Shown: positions 1 to 13,600 of the stretch, one piece after another
How the letters are laid out: each line of letters opens with the position of its first letter
Numbering within the stretch: the stretch's first letter is position 1
Assembly: GCA_965242695.1 (NCBI GenBank)
Contig: CBDESU010000002.1
Location: forward strand, 1,216,001 to 1,280,000
Reading direction: 5' to 3'
Length of the DNA stretch: 64,000 nucleotides
Source of the DNA: Cenarchaeum sp.
Lineage (GTDB): Archaea; Thermoproteota; Nitrososphaeria; Nitrososphaerales; Nitrosopumilaceae
Notes under the pieces: generated by a model
Database searches by the model: none
Seen by the model: only the letters and a program-made list of their open reading frames with translations
Told to the model about the DNA's origin: nothing
Translations under genes and position numbers: made by a program

Positions 1-572
1 ACATACCGCGCCTTGACGAGCACGGCTCGTACGTGCTCTGGAGGTGCCTCTGGCCGGACTGCCACAACTGCTGCGAGAGGCAGGGCCGCCTGCCGCTCAC
101 GTCCGACGACCTGATCACGATCGGCTCGGGCATGAAGTACTCGAAGACTTCCGAGTTCGTCGGGCGCGAGACGGTCGTGGCCACGTGGGACGACGGGCAG
201 TCCGGCGCGGCCGGGCAGCGCACCGTAATGACGGCGGTCACGCTCAAGCGGCGCGAGGGCGACACCGAGGGCGACGACGGCACGCGCGTGCCCTGCCGCT
301 TCCTCGACGGGGAGGGCGCCTGCACGCTGCACCCCGGCAGGCCGGGCGTGTGCCACCTGTACCCGTTCACGACGTGGCTCGTCAACGAGGGGGGCGCCGC
401 CCGCGTGCACGCCTCGTACCAGATCACCGGCGACTGCCCTGGGTTCTACCTGGGACGCGACATCGCCGAGATGCGAGGCGAGCTCGCCGAGTACGCCGCC
501 AAGATATACGACTACAACATGGCGTCGGTCCGTACCGCGCGCGAGGGGTTCGGCGCGGCTAGCGTGTGCTGA
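1..572 (+). CDS. YkgJ-family cysteine cluster protein, 5'-truncated by window edge
   Basis: CxxxxCxxCC (CLWPDCHNCC), CRFL...C...RPGVCHLYPF, CPGF; frame open back to position 3. Confidence 0.8.
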   Translation, partial: IPRLDEHGSYVLWRCLWPDCHNCCERQGRLPLTSDDLITIGSGMKYSKTSEFVGRETVVATWDDGQSGAAGQRTVMTAVTLKRREGDTEGDDGTRVPCRFLDGEGACTLHPGRPGVCHLYPFTTWLVNEGGAARVHASYQITGDCPGFYLGRDIAEMRGELAEYAAKIYDYNMASVRTAREGFGAASVC

Positions 573-594
573 CGGCACGCGCGGGCCCCCTCTA

Positions 595-1239
595 CTACTC
601 TTCCTCCAGGGCCCACTCGGGCGAGAACTTTATCATGTTGTTCTTCTCGGCGTGCTCAAAGTCGTACACGTCGATGTGACGCGTCTTGTCGGCCCACAGC
701 TCCTCAAAGTCGGCGACCTTTTTCTCGACGCGGCTCGCGTCGTCCCACGACGTAAACACGTCGATGGACTCGAAGTTCCTGACCTGCGCGTCGAACGTGT
801 GGTGGGATCCGCCCGTGAACGCGACGGCGTCGCCGGCCCCGTCGGTGAATATGCCGACCTTTTCGGTAAAGGCGCCGTCGACGAGGTCCGAGTTGGGCAC
901 GGCCACCTTGATCCGGACGCGGTGCGCGCCGGCTAGCGCGTCGAGCTCGGCGTCGCGCCCCCTGCCGCCGCCTCCCGAGCGCCGCATCGCCTCCAGCTTT
1001 GAGGCAAAGCTCAGGTCGGACGCGGTAAACCGGTGGCCGCACACTATCCTCAGCGACGCCTTGTTGGATGCAAAGCCCCTCCGCTCGCGCGACAGGGCGC
1101 CGAGGCTGCGCAGCGAGATGTACTCGGAGCACCGGTCGTACCGGACGCAGGCGTCTAGGCACGGCGCGATGAACTCGCCTATGATGTCGTCGCGGTCGGC
1201 CCTGTACTCCTCCTTGAACGATATCTCGCGCAGTGACAC
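595..1239 (-). CDS. Stand-alone PLD-like domain protein (resembles N-terminal domain of PLD-helicases), catalytic motif degenerate
   Basis: SLREISFKEEY..DIIGEFIAPCL..YDR; FTEKVGIFTD..AFTGGSHH; NFESIDVFTSW; GTG start at 1239 chosen. Confidence 0.7.
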   Translation of the reverse strand: MSLREISFKEEYRADRDDIIGEFIAPCLDACVRYDRCSEYISLRSLGALSRERRGFASNKASLRIVCGHRFTASDLSFASKLEAMRRSGGGGRGRDAELDALAGAHRVRIKVAVPNSDLVDGAFTEKVGIFTDGAGDAVAFTGGSHHTFDAQVRNFESIDVFTSWDDASRVEKKVADFEELWADKTRHIDVYDFEHAEKNNMIKFSPEWALEEE

Positions 1240-1327
1240 GCGCCGCGCCGGGCGCCCCGCGTGATAACGCTTTCGGCGCGGCGCTGGACCGGGGACGCCT
1301 TTTATACCGCCGGGGGGCCGGCGGGGC

Positions 1328-2101
1328 ATGGACAGGCTGACGGCGGGCATGGCCGCCTCGATCGGCGTCATACTGGCGCTCGTCGTGTCGGCAAGCGTCG
1401 CCTCGACGGGCGAGCCGGCATCTGCGCAGATCGGGGTACAAAAGCCGGACAGGACCGCGACGGTGACCGGCGCGGCATCCTCGTCCGTGCCGCCGGACCG
1501 CCTCGTCGTCGTCTTTGGCGTCGAGGTCGTCGCCGACACGGCCCGCGAGGCCCTGTCGACGAACTCGGAGATGATGGGCGCCGTGATCGACTCGTTGCGC
1601 AGCGCGGGGGTCGAGGACGGCGAGATCAGCACGTCGAACCTGCGCGTCTACCCCGAGTACTCGTACGGCGAGTCAGACGAGCCGCTGATAAGGGGGTACA
1701 GTGTGTCGAACACCGTGCGGGTGGAGACGGGCATGCTCGGCTCAGCCACCGAGATCATCGACGGAGGCGTGGATGCCGGCGCCAACAGGGTCGAGAGGGT
1801 CTCGTTCGACCTCTCGGCCGAGGCGCGCCGGGCCATAAGCGATGCGCTCATCGAGAGGGCGGTCCTCGACGCGCGCGAAAAGGCCGAGGCGGCGATCGAG
1901 CCGCTCGGCCAGCGGATAGTCGGCGTAAAGTCCGTCTCGCTCGTGGATGTGCCGCGGGATCCGTGGATGTCGGCGGGCCTTGTCAGGGAATCGGCCGGCC
2001 TCGATCTCGCGTCGGCGGCGCCGACGCCGGTGTTCGCATCCGAGGCGACCGTCACGGTGCAGGCGCAGGTCTCGTTCTTGATCGCCGAGGACCGCGGCTA
2101 G
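1328..2101 (+). CDS. SIMPL (DUF541) domain secreted protein
   Basis: Signal/TM helix; TVTGAASSSVPPD, ISTSNLRVYPEY, GYSVSNTVRV, GANRVERVSF. Confidence 0.9.
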   Translation: MDRLTAGMAASIGVILALVVSASVASTGEPASAQIGVQKPDRTATVTGAASSSVPPDRLVVVFGVEVVADTAREALSTNSEMMGAVIDSLRSAGVEDGEISTSNLRVYPEYSYGESDEPLIRGYSVSNTVRVETGMLGSATEIIDGGVDAGANRVERVSFDLSAEARRAISDALIERAVLDAREKAEAAIEPLGQRIVGVKSVSLVDVPRDPWMSAGLVRESAGLDLASAAPTPVFASEATVTVQAQVSFLIAEDRG

Positions 2102-2133
2102 GCGGGGCCGCCGCGGCGGAATTGTAGTGGTAG

Positions 2134-2209
2134 TGCTCCCGCTGGGATTTGAACCCAGGATCACTGCCTTGAGAGGGCAGTATGCTTAGCCGGACTACAC
2201 CACAGGAGC
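2134..2209 (-). tRNA. tRNA-Glu (CTC)
   Basis: Reverse complement GCTCCTGTGGTGTAGTCCGGCTAAGCATACTGCCCTCTCAAGGCAGTGATCCTGGGTTCAAATCCCAGCGGGAGCA folds as a cloverleaf; anticodon CTC; TTAAA box upstream. Confidence 0.95.
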
Positions 2210-2240
2210 CGGCACGGCGCCGGCCCGCCGCAATTTAAGC

Positions 2241-2909
2241 CTAGCCCACCGGCCCGCGTTCCGGGCCCCGCCGGACGCCGGACGCGCCGCCCTGGCCGCG
2301 AGCGGGGGCCGCGGCGCCGCCGGCCGCCTCCCTCTTGTCGACGAACCCGGCGATCCCGATCCTGGCCATCTCGTCGGAGTCGGCGACCACGGCGTCGTGC
2401 AGGCGGCGCTTGCGGGCGCGCAGCCTTGCGCGCAGGGGCGAGCCGGGCGAGGCGGCGAGGATCCTCGCCGCCAGCAGGCCGGCGTTGGCCGCCTTGTTGA
2501 CGCCGACCGAGGCGACCGGAGTTCCCGTGGGCATCTCCGTAATCGACAGCAGCGCGTCCAGGCCGCCGAACGACGAGGCGCCGGGATCTCCGCCGCCGCC
2601 GCGCCTGTCGTTGTACACCATGATGGGCACGCCGACTACCGGCAGGACGGTGAACGAGGCGATCATGCCGGGCAGGTGGGCCGCCCCGCCGGCTCCGGCT
2701 ATGATTGCCCTCAGCCCGGACCTCTCTGCATGCGCTGCGTACCCGGCGAGGCGGCCGGGCGTCCTGTGGGCCGACACGATTTGGTCCTCGTGCGGCACGC
2801 CGAGCTCGTCGAGGACCGCGCCGGCGCCGCGCATTATGCGCGCATCCGAGGCCGATCCCATTGCTATGCCGACTAGCGGCCTTGGCGCCCTGGCCCCTGC
2901 CATGCCCAT
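2241..2909 (-). CDS. purE: N5-carboxyaminoimidazole ribonucleotide mutase
   Basis: VGIAMGSASD, SAHRTP, IIAGAGGAAHLPGM, GLDALLSITEMPTGTPVA. Confidence 0.95.
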   Translation of the reverse strand: MGMAGARAPRPLVGIAMGSASDARIMRGAGAVLDELGVPHEDQIVSAHRTPGRLAGYAAHAERSGLRAIIAGAGGAAHLPGMIASFTVLPVVGVPIMVYNDRRGGGGDPGASSFGGLDALLSITEMPTGTPVASVGVNKAANAGLLAARILAASPGSPLRARLRARKRRLHDAVVADSDEMARIGIAGFVDKREAAGGAAAPARGQGGASGVRRGPERGPVG

Positions 2910-3006
2910 GGGCCGCCGGCGGCGTGATATTACCCTAGCGTCCGCCCCGCCGGGCGCGGCCCGCCGCGCGATCAACTTATACCAAAACCGCGGCAGGGCG
3001 CGGCGA

Positions 3007-3900
3007 ATGGACGACGTTCGCGAGGCGCTGCGGCGGTACTCGCTAGACGACTTTCCGTCGGGGCTGGGCGGGTGCCGCAGCCCGTCCGGCGGCGGGGATC
3101 CCCACCCGTGCTGCGAGTACAACGTGTCGGTCTTTGACGACCGGAGCGAGCCGGACACGGTGGCGCAGGCGGAGGGAGGGGACGGGCCGGCCGTGTGCAT
3201 ACACCACTGCTCGCTCAACGAGACGCGCTCGAACGTCCTTGCCCACATCGACGGCCTGGACGTCGTAAACGACGCCGGCTGGGAGCTGCGCACGGCGCTT
3301 GCCCACCTGCGCGAGCGGCGCGCCGGGATACTGGCCGACTACTCCCGCAACTGCCTCGCCGATGCGCTGTTCTGCGTCTCGCGGGCGGCCGGACCCGCGG
3401 CCGCCCCGGACGGCCTGGCCGACTGCTGGGCAAAGTGCGCCGCCCTGTACCTCGCCGATGCGATCCTGCTGGCCGGCGGAAGGCGGCCGCGCCCGGCGCA
3501 CCTGCTGCGCGACGTGCGCTCGTTGGACGGGCCGGGGGCGGCCCGGTTCGGGGTCGTGCTCGAGTGCGCCGGGGCCGAGAGGGCATCGCCCGTCCTGCTC
3601 GGCCGCATGGCCGAGGCGGCCGCCGGGCTCTCCGACTTGGCAGAGGGCAACGGCCGCTCGGCGATAATCCGGGCAAAGGCGGCCTACCTTGCCGGCGAGT
3701 CGATGCACGCCGACTGCTACTTTTACCTGTGCCATGCCTGCCGCGGCATACTCGCGCGGCACGCCGATATCGTGTCTAGGCGGCCCGACCTGCAGCGCAT
3801 ACTGCGCACCGCCCTTGACGCCGAGGCCGGGGGACAGGCTGCCGAGCGGCACGCCTTGGCCGTCCGAGCGGCCGCCGAGCGAATGCTGTCCGAGCGGTAG
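3007..3900 (+). CDS. Conserved thaumarchaeal hypothetical protein
   Basis: ATG ~25 nt after TTATA box; GLGGCR..CCEYNVSVFD, WAKCAALYLADA, ERASPVLL, DCYFYL; coding-like codon usage. Confidence 0.7.
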   Translation: MDDVREALRRYSLDDFPSGLGGCRSPSGGGDPHPCCEYNVSVFDDRSEPDTVAQAEGGDGPAVCIHHCSLNETRSNVLAHIDGLDVVNDAGWELRTALAHLRERRAGILADYSRNCLADALFCVSRAAGPAAAPDGLADCWAKCAALYLADAILLAGGRRPRPAHLLRDVRSLDGPGAARFGVVLECAGAERASPVLLGRMAEAAAGLSDLAEGNGRSAIIRAKAAYLAGESMHADCYFYLCHACRGILARHADIVSRRPDLQRILRTALDAEAGGQAAERHALAVRAAAERMLSER

Positions 3901-3904
3901 AGTA

Positions 3905-3960
3905 TTGTTAACGCGGCCGGCATTCCGTATTAACAACGCCCGTGATCTAAAGCCTTAAAA
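3905..3960 (+). promoter_or_regulatory. Imperfect inverted repeat plus TATA box upstream of the Cys-rich peptide
   Basis: TTGTTAACGCGG (3905-3916) / CCGTATTAACAA (3925-3936), 10/12 match; TTAAAA at 3955-3960. Confidence 0.5.
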
Positions 3961-3982
3961 CATATCCTTGCAACGGCCCGGC

Positions 3983-4117
3983 ATGTCGGATGCAGCATGC
4001 GGCTGTGCCGCCCAGGCCGAGAACAATACCGAGTGCGACTGCACGATGCAGAGCGAATGCTACTGCGATGCGACTTGCGATTGCAAGCTCGACGTGTGCA
4101 CGAGCACCGCACACTAG
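3983..4117 (+). CDS. Metallothionein-like 44-aa Cys-rich peptide (not in ORF track)
   Basis: MSDAACGCAAQAENNTECDCTMQSECYCDATCDCKLDVCTSTAH*; 9 Cys, four CxC; TATA upstream, T-tract downstream. Confidence 0.75.
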   Translation: MSDAACGCAAQAENNTECDCTMQSECYCDATCDCKLDVCTSTAH

Positions 4118-4132
4118 GCCGCTAGGCCACCC

Positions 4133-4142
4133 TTTTTCATTT
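4133..4142 (+). terminator. Oligo-T archaeal terminator candidate
   Basis: TTTTTCATTT 15 nt after the stop codon in otherwise GC-rich DNA. Confidence 0.4.
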
Positions 4143-4360
4143 CGAGGCGGCGCGGCCGCCGCGGCACCGCCGGCTGCGGCCCTGCCGCCTGGCAACGCGG
4201 CCGCCGGAGCGCTCTGAACCGTGCGCGCCCTGACACGGTAGCGGGCGGCACGAACGCCTTGATACTGCTGCCTCCCCCGCCCCGGCCGGCATTCTTCGCT
4301 TGGCGCATTGCGCGGCACGCCGCGGCGAGGGGGCCGCCACGCCGCGGCCAGCGGCGCGCC

Positions 4361-4537
4361 CTAGTCCTCTTCCTCGTCGTCGTCCTCAAAGCCCCACGAC
4401 TTTACGAGCTCCTTTTGGAACTTGTCGGCCTGCTTGTCGTTGAGGCTGGCGCCGCAGTTCTTGTGGGTCGGCACGACGATCATTCCCTCGAGCTTGAACT
4501 CTACTTCGTACAGGTGGACCTTTGGGCAGTCGCACAC
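4361..4537 (-). CDS. 58-aa small thaumarchaeal protein, putative Zn-binding (not in ORF track)
   Basis: MCDCPKVHLYEVEFKLEGMIVVPTHKNCGASLNDKQADKFQKELVKSWGFEDDDEEED*; TATTATA box ~25 nt upstream. Confidence 0.8.
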   Translation of the reverse strand: MCDCPKVHLYEVEFKLEGMIVVPTHKNCGASLNDKQADKFQKELVKSWGFEDDDEEED

Positions 4538-4677
4538 GCGCGCGCACCGCGGCCGGCTACCTATAATACTTGGGCCGCGCGGCAGCCCGAGTGCGGCGGG
4601 AGGTGGCCGCCTCCGTTCCTTCCGCGCGCGGTGCCCTCAAAAAAGCTTTAACTAGCGCGGCCAGTCCCCCGCTGGGC

Positions 4678-6159
4678 ATGGGGATCGCGGCAGCCTGCTG
4701 CACTGCGGCGCTGGCCGCGGCCCTGGCCGCTGCCGCCTCTGCCGCGGCCCTTGCGGCCGCGCCGCAGCAGGCCTGGGCGCAGGACTTTGGCGGGGGGGTC
4801 GACATGGACGGGTCGTGGTACGCCGGCGAGGGCCTCAAGCAGGGCGACTACTTTTCCTACTCGATGTGCCATGTCAACTACAAGGACTGCACCGAGTTCC
4901 GCATGGACCTGTGGGTGGAGGGCGACGTGCAGGTGGGCACCGAGACAAAGTGGCTCGTGCAGGCCGTCGCCCGCGACGGATCCCGGACGGTCAAGGGAAA
5001 CATGGAGCTCGGCAAGATCGCGCCCGAGCCGTCCGGCGGCACGCCCGCCCTGGGCCCCTACCGCGACGCGTTCAAGACCTCGATCGTCTGGCTCTCGTCG
5101 TTTGCGACGGCGCATCCGGACTCGAAGGACGGCCCAAAGGACTTTCGCGCCCCGTCCTGGGGAAAGATCGCCAACATCGGCGGCGAGCAGGTCAAGCCGA
5201 CGTCGATCGAGACCGTCAGCACCAGGGCCGGCGACTTCGAGTCCGTGCTTGTGACGTGGAAGACCGGCGGGCAGGTCAGCCGGATATGGGTCGTCGACGG
5301 CTTTCCGTTCCCCGTAAGGGCGAGCACCTGGACGCACGTCTCCGAGGGCGTGCCGCCGCAGGAGTACAGGTTCGAGCTGATCGAGTACGAGGAGGGCGTC
5401 TCCGAGAGCCCGTTCGCGGGGGTCGTCGACACGGGGGAGGAAAAGTCGGCTGCCGGCTGCATCGAGAACTACGACTTTGCAAAGGTGCGCAAGACGACGC
5501 GCAACTTCGAGTACCTGATCGACCTAAAGTACGGCCCCGAGTACCCGCTCGCAGGTTGCGACATCGAGTGGATCATCAACTTCCACAACAAGTTCGACGA
5601 GACCGAGTTCCTCCACCAGGTGCAGTACGACATCGTGGCCGTCGACGGGGACGGAAAGGTGGTGCGGGGGCTCGCCGAGGACGAGGGCAGGGACCGGCTG
5701 TTCTCGGCGTCCGGGCAGGTGCGCCGGTTCATGCCGGTCGACGCGGGGACGGCCGGCTACACGCTCATCGTCTACGGCACGTCGCCCGACCACATACTTG
5801 CGTCGAACCTGGACTACCTGACGTTCGGCGTCGAGGTGTCCGAGGCGCCAGAGGCCGCGGACGAGCCGGCCGCGGCGCCTGCCGTGCCCGGCTGGATAAA
5901 GACGGCCGCGGGGCACTGGGTCGCGGGGGCCACCACGGACGCCGAGTTTGCCGCCGCGCTCGGGTTCCTCATATCGAGGGGCATCCTAGAGGTGCCGCCG
6001 GCCGAGGGCGGCGGCGATGCCGGCCGGGGCGGCGGGGCGATCCCCGAGTGGATAAAGACGACGACGGGCTACTGGACGGGCGGGTTTACGTCCGACGCCG
6101 AGTTCGTCGGGGCCGTGCAGTTCCTCATGCGCGCCGGCATCATTGTCGTGGTGGAGTGA
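4678..6159 (+). CDS. Secreted thaumarchaeal protein with two C-terminal WIK-x-x-A/TG-x-W repeats
   Basis: Ala-rich signal peptide ending AWAQ; VPGWIKTAAGHW..DAEF and IPEWIKTTTGYW..DAEF. Confidence 0.8.
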   Translation: MGIAAACCTAALAAALAAAASAAALAAAPQQAWAQDFGGGVDMDGSWYAGEGLKQGDYFSYSMCHVNYKDCTEFRMDLWVEGDVQVGTETKWLVQAVARDGSRTVKGNMELGKIAPEPSGGTPALGPYRDAFKTSIVWLSSFATAHPDSKDGPKDFRAPSWGKIANIGGEQVKPTSIETVSTRAGDFESVLVTWKTGGQVSRIWVVDGFPFPVRASTWTHVSEGVPPQEYRFELIEYEEGVSESPFAGVVDTGEEKSAAGCIENYDFAKVRKTTRNFEYLIDLKYGPEYPLAGCDIEWIINFHNKFDETEFLHQVQYDIVAVDGDGKVVRGLAEDEGRDRLFSASGQVRRFMPVDAGTAGYTLIVYGTSPDHILASNLDYLTFGVEVSEAPEAADEPAAAPAVPGWIKTAAGHWVAGATTDAEFAAALGFLISRGILEVPPAEGGGDAGRGGGAIPEWIKTTTGYWTGGFTSDAEFVGAVQFLMRAGIIVVVE

Positions 6160-6657
6160 TCCGCTCCCTTTTGGGGAGGGCGGGCGCGGGCGCAGTGTCC
6201 GTGTTGGCGGATGTGGAGCCACCGCCGCCGATATCTGCCAGCCTGCGGGCGGTCTGGAGCTGGGGCGCATGACGGGGGCTTGCACGCCTGCATCATGGGC
6301 CGGACGGTCAACCGCTCGCACATTGCCCGATATCTGGCCGCTGCCGGTCCACGCATGCGGTGTAGCGGCAACCCGATGCGCGGCCCGAACTGCCCTCGGG
6401 TCCCACACACGGCCCTGCGCACGGCCGACGGTTGCGCCCCGCCGTTCGACATGCGCGCCCCGTCGCGCATGCCGCTTGCGGGCCGGCCGACTAGGCCGCG
6501 GGGCCCGTGTCGGGTGCGCCGCCGTAGCGGAGGGCCTGCCGCCGGACGTGCGCGCAGCGATTGGGGGCGCAGGCGTTGCCGCCCGGCGCCGGTTGCGCCT
6601 AGCCGCCGTTGGCGGCCGCCCGACGAAGTTATAGGCAGGTGCGCGGCCGCCGCCGGC

Positions 6658-10086
<3,429 letters not shown>

Positions 10087-10668
10087 TTCTCGTGCTGGCC
10101 GTGGGGTTTAGACACTTCCAATTTTCCAACCCACACGTCACCGGCGTCCGCTCTTTACATCCGCGGCGGCTTTGGCCTAGTCGTAAAAATGTCACCGTGA
10201 ATGCGTGGCTAACGAAGCGCACCTATGAAAAAATTGGGGCGGGGCGGGGCGGAGTTGAGAGAAGACAGGGATGTCTCACTACCGCCTGCCCTCTCCCGTC
10301 GTGACATCTGACGGCCCTGGCCCGCCTCTTCAGGAGGGCCACAGAGACCAATAGATGTTGCCAAACCCCCTCCCCTGTCTACCTGGCGCCCGCGGGACAG
10401 TGTGCACCGTAGATGGATGCAGAGCAACTCCGCCGCGTACCCTGCACCGATGCCGATCGCTCCATGCTGTGCCCTGCTGCACCGCAAGGCTGATGCTTGC
10501 AGGGGCTATAGAAGGGCGGCATGCCAAGCCATTACCTGCCCACATGACCCGCATCTACACCTACAGTCCGTGCACCCTTGGGGAGGGGGGGAGGAATCAC
10601 CTAAACTCGCGGCACGACCACATGGCTGGGCCGGAAGGTATTAATACCCATGCTTGAGCGGCACGGGC

Positions 10669-13600
10669 ATGGCGGGTCAAATGTTGTTGCTACTGGCCAT
10701 TGTAGCCATGGCTTTGGCCACGTTCCCAGCCGTGTTGACAGGGGCCAACTGGAATGTGGCGCATGCCGAGATCGGCTCTGCAACTGATGCCCCGAAGCCG
10801 GGCACCGTCGTAGTTGCCGATACCGCCGACGATCGCGTTCGCGTATTCCACCCGGGTGGTGCCCATGCCTTTGACTTGGGCTCACGCGGCACCAGTGCAG
10901 GCGAGTTCACGGCGCCAGAGGGCGTGACGATAAGCGCTGGCGGCCTGATCGCCGTCGCAGACACCGGCAACCACCGCATCCAGGTATTCCATCCGAACGG
11001 CACTTTCGCCCACGCCTTCGGATCGTACGGCACCGCCGTTGGACAGTTTGTGAGCCCCGCGGCCGTGCATTCTCGCCGCAGGGAGATCTGATCGCCGTCG
11101 CCGACACGGGAAACCACCGTGTCTACATTTTCCATGTCGACGGCACCCCCGCCTTTGTGTTCGGATCGCAGGGCATCGCCGCCGGCGAGTTTTCGACGCC
11201 GAAGGGCGTGGCAATCACGCGCGACCGCCTGATCGTCGTAGCCGACACCGGCAACGACCGCATCCAAGTGCTGGAACCCGACGGCACGCCCGTATTCGAG
11301 TTTGGATCCCGCGGCAGTACCAATGGGCACTTTGCTGCCCCGCATTCGGTCGACTTGAGCAGGGCTGGTGATCGGATCGTCGTAGCCGACACCGGCAACC
11401 ACCGCATTCAGGTATTCGACTATGTCGGGCGCGGGGAGCGCGATCAGAGTGTTGAATTTTTATTCACCGTGGGATCGTTTGGTGTCGGGAACGGGCAGTT
11501 TGCAAGCCCCGCGGCGGTTGCTTTAGACACGGCAGGCGAGCAGATCATCGTCGCCGACACTGGCAATAAGCGTGTCCAGTTACTAGACGGCTTCGCAGGT
11601 GGGTTTATTGGCGAGTTTGGTGGACTGGGCGCCGCAAGCGGGCAGATTGCCTACATGAAGTTTCCCTCGTTTGCAACGCCTGCGCCCCCGCCGTCGCATG
11701 CGTTCCATGTTGAGCATGGCGGCGCCGTGGGCGGCGCCGTGGGCGGCGCCGTGGGCGGCGAGGGGCCGCACGCCACCCTGCCTGCTAGCGTAGGCCTACT
11801 TGACAAGTTCGCCGTGGCCGACCCTGGCAACAAACAAGTCCACATATTCAACGCCAGTGGTTCCATTGTGTCTAGTATCGTGTTGGGGCACCTCCGCCCC
11901 ACATCGGTTGCATACTCGCCGTCAGGTGACAAGCTCGCCGTGGCCACGGGTGGGAGTAACTATGTCTGGTTACACGACGCGCACAGTGGCGCCTATATCG
12001 GAGGGTTCGGAGGGGCGAGCGGTGAGGACGGCAAATTTCAGCACCTCGCGTCGGTAGCTTGGTCGCCCTCCGGCGACTGGATTGTAGTGGCCGATCGCGG
12101 CAACCACCGCGTCCAACTGTTTTACCCCAACGGAGACTTCGCCGGCAAGTTCGGATCGTATGGAAGTGGCGACGGACAGTTTAAATTCCCGCGCTATGCA
12201 TCGTACTCCCCCTCCGGCGACAGGATAATCGTGGCACACGATGGCGAACAAGGATCCCAGATCTTTTACCCCAACGGAGAATTCGCCGGCACCCTTGGAT
12301 CGTGGGGTTACGATGACGACAGCGAGTACAATAAGCCGCGTTCAGTGGAGTATTCTCCGGACGGCACCGAGATAGCCATGGCAGACTTCAATCACAGCGT
12401 CAAGGTCGTCAGCGCCTATGGTGCATTTATCGACAAGTTTGGAGCAGAGGACGGCGGTGCGTTGAGCCTCAATGACCCTACCCAAGCGGCATATGACCCA
12501 TCCGGCAAGTGGATCGCTGTGACCGACTCGGGCAATAAGCGCATTGCTATTTTTCATGCTGACGGTACCACTGCAGGCGAGTTTGGGGTGTCGGGTATGC
12601 GGCCTGGGCAGTTCAACGAGCCGCTGTCCATTGCGTTCGCGCCGCCACTGCCGCCGGATGCGCCGCCGTCCGGCATGATCGCCGTCGCAGACACCGGCAA
12701 CGACCGCGTGCAGGTGCTTCTGCCCGACGGCACGTTCGCAGGCAAGTTCGGATCCCACGGTAACGGCGACGGGCAGTTCGACGCCCCCCGATCCGCCGCA
12801 TACTCCCCCGACGGCGCCCGGCTCGCAGTCGCCGACGCCGGCAACGACCGTGTGCAGGTACTGTACGCAAACGGCACGCTGGACCGCAAGTTCGGATCCC
12901 ACGGCAGCGGCTACGGGCAGTTCGACGGCCCCAGCTCCGCGGCCTACTCCCCGCTGGGCGACCGCATCGCAGTCGCAGACACCGGCAACGACCGCGTGCA
13001 GGTGCTTCTGCCGGACGGCACCTTCTCCGCCCAGTTCGGATCCCACGGCGACGCCACAGGACAGTTTGACAACCCGCGGTCCGTCGCATACTCTCCGTCC
13101 GGCTACCGCATCGCCGTCGCCGACAGCGGCAACGACCGCGTGCAGGCATTCGATGCCGACGACGGCACGCCTGTCTTGGTGTTTGGATCCCACGGCTCCG
13201 CCCCCGGGCAGTTTGATGATCCCGTATCCGTCGCATATTCACCGTCCGGCGACCGGATCGCCGTCGCCGACGCCGGCAACGACCGCGTGCAGGTGTTCCA
13301 CGCCACAAACGGCACGCCCGCCCTCCAGTTCGGTTCGCGCGGCACCGGAGACGGGGAGTTTGTGTCCCCGACGGCGGCGGCCTTTTCGTCCGGCGACCGG
13401 ATCGCAGTGTCCGATCAAAGCGGCCGCATCCAGGTGTTCCACGCCGCAAACGGCACCTTTGCATTCAAGGTAGGCTCGGAGGGGCTTGGCAACGGGCAGT
13501 TCGACAGCCCCGGATCCGTCGCATTCTCGCCCCCTCCCCCGCCGCCCTTGCCTTCAGCCGCGGTGCGGCCCGGCACGTTTGTTGTAGCCGACGCCGCCAA

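Noticed and set aside
2134-2209. tRNA-Glu (and tRNA-Gly at 46348-46424) as integration sites
   Set aside because: No duplicated 3' end or integrase found; flanks are core genes
6211-6657. 149-aa N-terminal extension of the first NHL protein
   Set aside because: Arg/Pro-rich GC read-through; TATA and signal peptide place the start at 6658
10087-10640. IS remnant or ncRNA in a lower-GC spacer
   Set aside because: No terminal repeats, transposase motif or convincing fold seen
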